Shown: one piece after another, positions 52,913-64,000 of the stretch | Layout of the letters: each line of letters begins with the position of its first letter | Numbering within the stretch: position 1 is the stretch's first letter | Assembly: GCF_009914755.1 (NCBI RefSeq) | Contig: NC_060936.1 | DNA from: the human T2T-CHM13v2.0 reference genome, Homo sapiens | Reading direction: 5' to 3' (one strand) | Length of the DNA: 64,000 bases | Made by a program: the position numbers and the translations under genes | Notes under the pieces: generated by a model | Seen by the model: only the letters and a program-made list of their open reading frames with translations | Databases searched by the model: none | Told to the model about the DNA's origin: nothing

Positions 52913-53370
52913 AACCAACCTAGTGCCCATCAACCAATAAATGGATAAAGAAAAATATACATACATATTTTTTATATTTCTATATATAGAAACATGCCAT
53001 GGAATACTACTCAGCCATAAAAAAGAATGAAATAATGTCTTTTGCAAAGACTTGGATGGAATTGGAGGTCATAATCCTAAGTGAACTAGCTCAGGAATGC
53101 AAAGCCAAATCCCACATGTTCTCACTTGTGGGAGTTAAGCTATGGGTATGCAAAGGCATAGAGTGGTATGCCAAACATTGGAGACCCAGAAGGCAGGATA
53201 ATTAATGAGAGGAGGGTGAAGAATTTTTTAAAAAAATTATACATCAGACAGAATGTACACTACTCAGGTGACAGGTGCAATAAAACCTGATTTCACCACT
53301 GTTTGATTCAACCACACTACCAAAAAACACTTGTGCCTCCAAAGCTATTGAAACAAAAAAAAATTAAAAA
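52913..53370 (+). mobile_element. L1PB-type 3' end
   Basis: GCTATGGGTATGCAAAGGCATA...ACACTACTCAGGTGACAGGTGCA, A tail. Confidence 0.8.
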
Positions 53371-53795
53371 CAGTCCCCTAGAGGTTTTTAAAAGTTTTGC
53401 ACATCCAACAGTCCTTTGAAATGGTGTGCGTGCACCATTTCACACACGGACACACACACACACAGATACGATTTCATGTTCAACTAATCGTATTGTATTT
53501 CCACATGCAGACTCACAATACTGTCTCCCATACTAAAAATTTTGAGAAGTCTTCTAGGAATGAAATATTTTTTTCCTTTTACTAAAATTTGTATAAATCT
53601 CTTTGCCATAGTAAATATATTTTACAAAAGCTATATAAACCTTTTGAGCATGTTTTTATTTTGGCATATATTTTTAATATACCTCTTAAATAAATTCAAA
53701 CATTTGCTGAAATACTAAAAATATGAAAATAAGGCCACTATATCATGGCCTTATACAAATGTGATATCATCTAGACTAACTTGCTCCATGATATT

Positions 53796-56435
<2,640 letters not shown>

Positions 56436-56501
56436 CTACATAGAAGTATCATTTTGTATGATTCAGTTACGCAGTCTTTATATTTATTTATTTTGAAAGC
56501 C

Positions 56502-56508
56502 ATCTACC

Positions 56509-56552
<44 letters not shown>

Positions 56553-56600
56553 CCTACCTACCTACCTTCCTATCTACCCATCTGTCTATCTACCTACCTA
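56502..56600. repeat. (TCTA)n/(CCTA)n tetranucleotide STR at an Alu tail
   Basis: Direct inspection. Confidence 0.9.
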
Positions 56601-56894
56601 TCTTGCTTTGTTGTCCAGGCTGGAGTGCAGTAGTGCCATTATAGCTCGCTGCAGCTGGAAACTCCCAGGCTCAAGTGATCCTCTCAGCTCAGCCTTCTGA
56701 GTAGCTGTGACTACAGGCATGCATCACCATGCCCAGCTAATTTTTTAATTTACTATCTTTTTTTTTTTTTTTTTGTACAGACAGGATTCTGTTATGTTGT
56801 TCAGACTTGTCTCAAACTCCTGGGCTAAAGTGATCCTCCCCCCTCGGCCTGCTAAAGTGCTAAGATTACAGGCATGAGCCACTGCATCTGGCGC
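56600..56894 (-). mobile_element. AluJ
   Basis: Antisense diverged dimeric Alu. Confidence 0.88.
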
Positions 56895-57547
56895 TTGGTT
56901 TTAGAAACTTTAGTATTGCTCTTTCAACTATTCAACAGTATGAAATTAGATTTTTTAAATGCAAACTATGAGAAAGTTCATAATTTTTTAAAAACCCACT
57001 GCCTCCTTCCTTTTTATTATTGTGCAAGCAGCCTCATAGTTCTAAGATGTCAGCATATTATCTTAGCTGTGGATGGATAGTTCATACTTTTTTTGTCTAA
57101 TTAGGTGTTTTCATATCAGTATTAAAGAGCTGACTTGTTGTCAAAAATGAAACTCAAAATTAGCACAAGAGAAAACAAACTACCTTAGACTGGTTTCTAA
57201 GAGAAGCTTGCTAATGATTAGAATTAAGGATGATTTTGTAGATTAATTTTACTGTGTATAAAAATTCTAGTATATATAGTAAATTATAGTTTGAAGTAAT
57301 TAATCTATTTCTCCTTATCACAAGAGGTTATAACATATTAAAAGTGAGCCATGTAAATATGTGCTTTGAATAGACTGCAGAGGAATATTTTATTCAACAA
57401 AAACATTGAAAAGCATGTGAGTAAAGGATAAAGAAACATTGTCCCAGAAGATGTGTAGTAGCCTATACATTTAAATTGTTTCTTTCAGTTGGATTCATCC
57501 AGTTCCTCGCTATCTCCTCTTTACCAACAGTATAAATTTAAAGTGCA

Positions 57548-60050
57548 CATAACTCTGTTTATTTGATGAATTACATTTATTGATTTATGTGTGTTGAACC
57601 AACCTTGCATCCCAGGAGCAAAGCCTATTCGGTCATGGTGAGCTAACTTTCCAATGAGCTCCTGGATTTGAGTTGCTAGTATTTTGTTGAGGATGTTTGC
57701 ACTACACATCAGGGATATCAGCCTGTAGTTTTCATTTTGCGTGATGTCATTAGCAGATTTTGGTATCAGGATAAGGCTCGCTTCATAAAATGAGTTAGAC
57801 AGGAGTCCCTCCTCCTCAATTTTTTAGAATAGTTTCAATAGGATTGGTACCAGCTCAGATGCAGAAAAAGCTTTCAATAAAATCCAACATTTCTTCATGA
57901 TAAAAACTCTCAATGACCTAGGCATGGAAGGAACATACGTCAAAATAGTAAGAGTAATCTATGACAAACTGCCATCCAACATCACGAGTGGGCACAAACT
58001 TAAAGCATTTCTGTTGAAAACTGGAAAAAGTTAAGAATGCCTAGTCTCACCACTCTTATTCAACTTAGTACTAGAAGTCCTAACGAGAACAATCAGACAA
58101 GAGAAAGAAAGCAAAAGCATCTAAACAGGAAAATAATTCAAATTATCTCTCTTTGCTGATGATATAATTCTATAACCAGAAAACCCTGAAAACTTCATCA
58201 AAAGGCTCCTAGAACTGATAAGTGATTTCAGTAAAGTTTCAGGATACAAAATCCATGCACAAAAAGCAGCAACATTTCTACACACCAATAACGTTCAAGC
58301 TGAAAGCCAAATTAAGAATGCAATTCCATTTATAATAACCACACACACACAAATAAAATACCTAGGAATATGTCTAACCCAGGAGGTGAAAAAAATCTCT
58401 CTAATGAGAACTATAAAATACTACTAAATGAAATCAGAGATGACACAACAAATGGAAAACATTCCATGCTCATGGGTAGTAAGAATCAATTCTGTTAAAA
58501 TGACCATGATGCCCAAAGCAATTCATATTCAACACACTTCCTATTAAACCACCAATGCCATTCTTCACAGAATTAGAAAAAAATATTTTAAAATTCATAT
58601 TGAGCCAAACAAAGAGCCTGAATTACCAAAGCAATCCTAAGCAAAAAGAACAAAGCTAGAGGCATCCCATCACTTGATTTCAAACAATACTACAAGGCTA
58701 CAGTAAGCAAAACCTCATGATAATGGTACAAAAGCAGACATACAGTTCAATGGAGCAGAATAAAGAACCCAGAAATAAAGCCACACACCTACTTCCATCT
58801 GATACATGACAAAATCAACAAACATAGGCAACAAGATTCCCTATTCAATAAATGGTGCTGAAAATACTACCTAACCACATGCAGAAGAATGAAACTGAGC
58901 CACTACATTTCACCATAAGCAAAAATTAACTTAGGATGGATTAAATACTTTAAATATAAGACCTAAACTATAAAAATCCTTGAAGAAAACCTATGAAATA
59001 TCATTTTAGATATAGGCCTTGGGAAATAATTTATGACTAAGACCTCAAAAGGAATTGCAACAAAAACAAAAATTGACAAGTGGGACCCAATTAAAATGAA
59101 GAGTTTCTGCACAGCAGAAGGAACTCAACAGAGTAAACAGACAACCTAAAGGATGGGAGAAAATATTCGCAAACTATGCATCAACAAGCAAAAAACAAAT
59201 AACTCCATTCAAATGTAGGTAAAGGACATGAACAGACACTTTTCTAAGAAAGACATACCTGTGGCCAACAAAGAAATGAAAAAATGCTCCACATCACTAA
59301 TCATCAGACAAATGCAAAAATAAAAACTACAATAAGATACCTGAGATGTCATACCAGTCAGAATGGCTATTATTAAAAAGTTAAAAACAACAGATGTTAT
59401 CAAGCTTGTGGAGATAAGGGAATGCTTACATTATTGGTGAGAATGTAAATTAGTTCAGCCACTGTGGGAGTAGTTTGGAGATTTCTCAAAGGACCAGAAA
59501 CAGAACTACCATTTGACCCAGCAATCTTATTACTCAGTATATACTCAAAAAATAGAAATTGTTTTATGAAAAGGACAAATGCACTTCTGTGTTCATTGCA
59601 GTGCTGTTCACAATATCAATGACTTGGAATTAACCCAGCTCCCCATTAACAGTGGATTGTATAAAGAAAATATGGTATGTACACACATGGAATATATATG
59701 CAGCCATGAAAAAGAAAATGTGGCACATTTACAACATGGAATACTATGCAGCCATAAAAAACTCTGTTCTTTGCAGCAGCATAGATGCACCCGGAGGCCA
59801 TTATCATAAGCAAGACAGAAACTGAAAACCAAATACTGCATGTTCTGATGTATAAGTGGGAGTCTAATATTGGATACACATGGACATAAAGATGCAAACA
59901 ATAGACACTGGGGACTACTAACAGGAGGAGGGAGACAGTGAGAGAAGGGCTGAAAACTACCTGGGTGATGGGATCAATCACAGCCCAAACCTCATGCAAC
60001 AAACTTATATAACAAACCTCCATATGTAGCCCCAAATCTAAAATAAAAAT
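57548..60050 (+). mobile_element. L1PA15/16-like 5'-truncated L1 with 5' inversion (57548-57856 on minus)
   Basis: The inverted ORF2 piece maps immediately upstream of the sense piece starting AGATGCAGAAAAAGC at 57857. Confidence 0.85.
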
Positions 60051-60082
60051 TTAATTTTCTTTTCAAAAATAATGAAGTCCAA

Positions 60083-60370
60083 GGCCGGCTGGCTCATGCC
60101 TACCCAGCACTTTGGGAGGCCGAAGTGGGTGAATCACTTGAGGTCAGGAGTTCGAAACCAGCATGGCCAACATGGCGAAACCCCATCTCTATAAAAAAAT
60201 AAGCTGGGTGTGGTGGCGCATGCCTGTAGTTCTAGCTACTCAGGAGGCTGAGACATGATAATTGCTTGAACCCAGGAGGCAGAAGTAGCAGTGAGCCAAG
60301 ATTGTGCCACTGCACTCCAGGCTGGGTGGCAGAGTGAAACCCTGTGTTAAATAATAATAATAATAATAAA
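60083..60370 (+). mobile_element. AluS with (TAA)n tail
   Basis: TSD AATAATGAAGTCCA / AATAATAAAGTCCA. Confidence 0.92.
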
Positions 60371-60599
60371 GTCCATATGACCAGAATAAAAAAGGGAGAG
60401 AGTGGGGAAAAATTAAATGGCTCCACCAATGGTGCTGATGCCTAACAGACAATAAAACCTTCCTTAGTTTCAATTCTGAACTAGCAACCCTGAGTTTAAA
60501 GCTCTTTCGAGAAAAAACTCCAACCTACTTATTATTTTGTTTTAAATATTTTATTTTATTTTAAATGAAGGGATATATTTACTTACTCTTAATGTCAAA

Positions 60600-63040
60600 T
60601 ACATTCATGTACCACCTAATGATGTTTCAGTCAACATATACCACAATGGATCTCATATACTACAGTCGTTTCCTAAAATTAAAAGGGAACTAAAAAATTT
60701 CTATTGCCTAGTGACATTATGACATCACAGCTGTCATAATGTGTCTGGAATTGGTGGGTTCTTGGTCTCACTGACTTCGAGAATGAAGCCACAGACCCTC
60801 GCGGTGAGTGTTAAAGCTCTTAAGGTGGCACGTCTGGAGTCTGTCCCTTCTGATATTCAGATGTGTTCGGAGTTTCTTCCTTCTGGTGGGTTTGTGGTCT
60901 GGCTGGCTCAGGAGTGAAGCTGCAGGCCTTCACAGTGAGTGTTACAGCTCATAAAAGCAGCGTGGACCCTAAGAGTGAGCAGTAGCAAGATTTATTGCAG
61001 ACCGAAAGAACAAAGCTTCCACAGTCTGGAAGGGGACCCGAGCGGTTTGCCAATGCTGACTCAGGCAGCCTGCTTTTATTCTCTTATCTGGCCCCACCCT
61101 CATCCTGCTGATTGGTAGAGCCGAGTGGTCTGTTTTGTCAGGGCGCTGATTGGTGCGTTTACAATCCCTGCGCTAGATATAAAGGTTCTCCACGTCCCCA
61201 TCAGATTAGTTAGATACAGAGTTTCAACACATAGGTTCTCCAAGGCCCCACCAGAGCAGCTAGATACAGAGTGTCGATTGGTGCACTCACAAACCTTGAG
61301 CTAAACACAGGGTGCTGATTGGTGTATTTACAATCCCTGAGCTAGATATAAAGACTCTCCACCTCCCCACCAGACTCAGGAGCCCAGCTGGCTTCACCTA
61401 GTGGATCCTGCACCAGGGCTGCAGGTGGAGCTGCCTGCCAGTCCCGCGCCATGCGCTGGCATTCCTCAGCCCTTGGGTGGTCGATGGGACTGGGCGCCGT
61501 GGAGCAGGGGGTGGTGCTCGTGGGGAGGCTCCGGCGCACAGGAGCCCATGGAGTGGGTAGGAGGCTCAGGCATGGCGGGCTGCAGGTCCCGAGCCCTGCC
61601 CCATGGGAAGGCAGCTAAGGCTCGGTGAGAAATCGAGTGCAGCACAGGTGGGCTGGCACTGCTGGGGGACCCAGTACACCCTCCACAGCCACTGGCCCGG
61701 GTGCTAAGTCCCTCATTGCCCCAGGCCAGCAGGGCTGGCCGGCTGCTCCGAGTGCAGGGCTTGCCAAGCCCACGCCCACCTGCAACTCCAGCTGGCCCGC
61801 AAGCCCGCACACAGCCCCGGTTCCCGCTCGTGCCTCTCCCTCCACACCTCCCTGCAAGCTGAGGGAGTGGGCTCCAGCCTTGGCCAGCCCAGAAAGGGGC
61901 TCCCACAGTGCAGCGGCGGGCCGAACGGTTCCTCAAGTGCCACCAAAGTGGGAGCCCAGGCAGAGGAGGCACCGAGAGCAAGCGAGGGCTGTGAGGACTG
62001 CCAGCACGCTGTCACCTCTCAATAAGGTTATAGTGCAAAGCATTACTCACATGTTTGTGGTTATGCTGGTGTAAACAACCCTACAGCACTGCCAGCCCTA
62101 TAAAAGCATTGTATACAACAATTATGTACAGTACTTAATACTCAAATATGATAATAAGTATGTTATAGGTTTGTGTATTTACTGCAGCATACTTTTTATT
62201 GTTGTATTAGAGTATATTCCTACGTATAAAACATTAATGTATAACAGCTTCAGGTATATCCTCCAGGGGGTATTCCAGAAGAAGGCATTGTTACGATAGG
62301 AGATGACGACTCCATGCTTGTTATTGCCCCTGAAAATCTTCCAGTAGAACAAGATGTGGAGGTGGAAGACAATGATATTGGTAATCCTGAACTTTTGTAG
62401 GCTTAGGCTGATGGGCATATTTGTGTCTTTGTTTTTAACAAAAATTGCTTATAGAATAAGTATATAAAGAATAAATTACTTTTGTATGACTGAACAATGT
62501 TGTGTTTTGAGCTATATGTTATTACATGAGTCAAAATATTCAAAAATTAAAATTTTGTAAAGTAAAATTTACAGTAAACTAATATCTACTTATTATTAAA
62601 GGAGGAAACATTTAAAAAACAAATTTAGTATAGCCTAAGTGTACAGTGTTTATACAGTCTACAGTAGCGTATGGAAATGCCCTAAGCCTTCACATTAATC
62701 TCTCACTCACTGACTCACTCAGAGCAACTTCCAGTCCTGCAATCTCCATTCATGTTAAGCGCCCTGTAACAGGAATACTGTTTTTTAAAAAATTTTTATA
62801 CTATATTGTCATTGTATCTTTTCAATGTTTAGATATATTTAGATACACTTACTTATTATTATGTTATAATTGCCTACACTATTCAGTAGAGTAACATGCT
62901 GTACAGGTTGTAGCCGTGGAACAATAGGTTATATCATCTAGGTTAGTGTAAATTTACTCTGTAAGGGTCACACAGTGATGAAATTGCCTAAGGATGCATT
63001 TCTGAGAATATATTCCCACTGTCAAGCAATGCATGACTGT
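60600..63040. mobile_element. Tigger3b/MER7-type DNA transposon interrupted by LTR12
   Basis: TIR-like ends TACATTCATGTACCACCTAATG / CAAGCAATGCATGACTGTA with TA flanks. Confidence 0.8.
60740..62021 (-). mobile_element. LTR12 (ERV9; LTR12C-like) solo LTR
   Basis: Minus strand begins TGAGAGGTGACAGCGTGCTGGC; repeated GATTGG (CCAAT) enhancer units; 4-bp TSD ATAA (60736-60739 / 62022-62025). Confidence 0.93.
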
Positions 63041-63481
63041 AGCGCAAAAGGTACGTAAGACTAAGCAATCTCTACAACACCTTGCTATGTCCTCATCCTG
63101 AGTTCCAATTTTAGTGATTTTTGTACTTTCTTTTAGTTATCTCCATTTATCTTAATAATTGGCTTGTACTGCAGCACTTTTTAATTCTAAAAAATACCTA
63201 TTTGACTTTCTATTACAATGAGGAAAACTTATTATATTTGCATCTATTTCCCACCCATCTCATTTGATGTTCTGAAATTTGGCAATCATATGTTTGTACT
63301 TGGAATATGTGAGTGTTTGCATTTTCAGTAATTTTGTAAGAATCTCTCTTGGCCCCCAGTCTAGAGTATCTTGTTTCTTAGTTGGCAATAGTTTTTAAAA
63401 TATTATTATTTTATAATTTCCCCCTTCTTTTTCTCTTTTTTAAAAAATCTTAGAATTTGGATATTAAATCTTCTGGCCTGA

Positions 63482-63494
63482 TACACGCACACAT

Positions 63495-63530
<36 letters not shown>

Positions 63531-63540
63531 AGACACACAC
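63482..63540. repeat. (CA)n microsatellite
   Basis: Direct inspection. Confidence 0.9.
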
Positions 63541-64000
63541 AAAGTTTTTATCTGCTCCATGAATTTTTCTTTTTTATTTTTACTTTTTATTTTTGGATTT
63601 TTGGTTTGGTTGCCATGTCCCAGTTTTGTGTGAGTAGCTTCCTTTGAATGTCTAATGATGATTTCCAGGCCCTTCACACTTAAGTGAAAATAACTAAAAA
63701 GCATTTAAGTAGATTCCTATCTGGTTATTTCCTGTGCCTGGTTGGCTTCCCTTTGCTAATGTATTTCAGCCACTTTTGTCTGTTCTTCTATTCTATTTTT
63801 CTTGTAAGTTTATCCTTTAAAGATTTATTTTAATGCCATTTAGTTTCAGGAGAAATAGAAATAATTTTACATGTTTAACTCACCACGTTTAACATGAAAG
63901 TCCCAAAGGATATTACAGCTTCATTTTACGCTATTTTTACACCTCTATTATTTTACAAAGAGTGTATATGAAGAAATACATATATATTTCTATATAAATA

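Overview
AT-rich primate (human-like) nuclear DNA made mostly of transposable elements, with no recognisable intact protein-coding gene. The main structure is a triple nest. An ancient L1M is split by a full-length L1PA7-like LINE-1 (3518-18299, +). That LINE is split in ORF2 by a HERV-K(HML-8)/MER11-type provirus (7472-15788). The provirus is abnormal: its two ~1.07 kb LTRs are inverted (head-to-head), each is followed inward by a primer-binding site, and the whole unit sits in one 6-bp TSD. The left LTR is followed by exactly 18 nt of perfect tRNA-Lys(CUU) complement fused to antisense env, which is what a mis-transferred plus-strand strong-stop DNA would look like. The rest of the window holds Alus, L1/L2/MIR fragments, LTR16/ERVL, MER52A, MSTA, LTR12, Tigger/MADE1/MER5A and microsatellites. 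Unexplained items are a ~270 bp inverted repeat, a candidate 33-nt minus-strand exon, and several templated-insertion or gene-conversion scars. Subfamily names come from my recall of consensus sequences, not from a database search.
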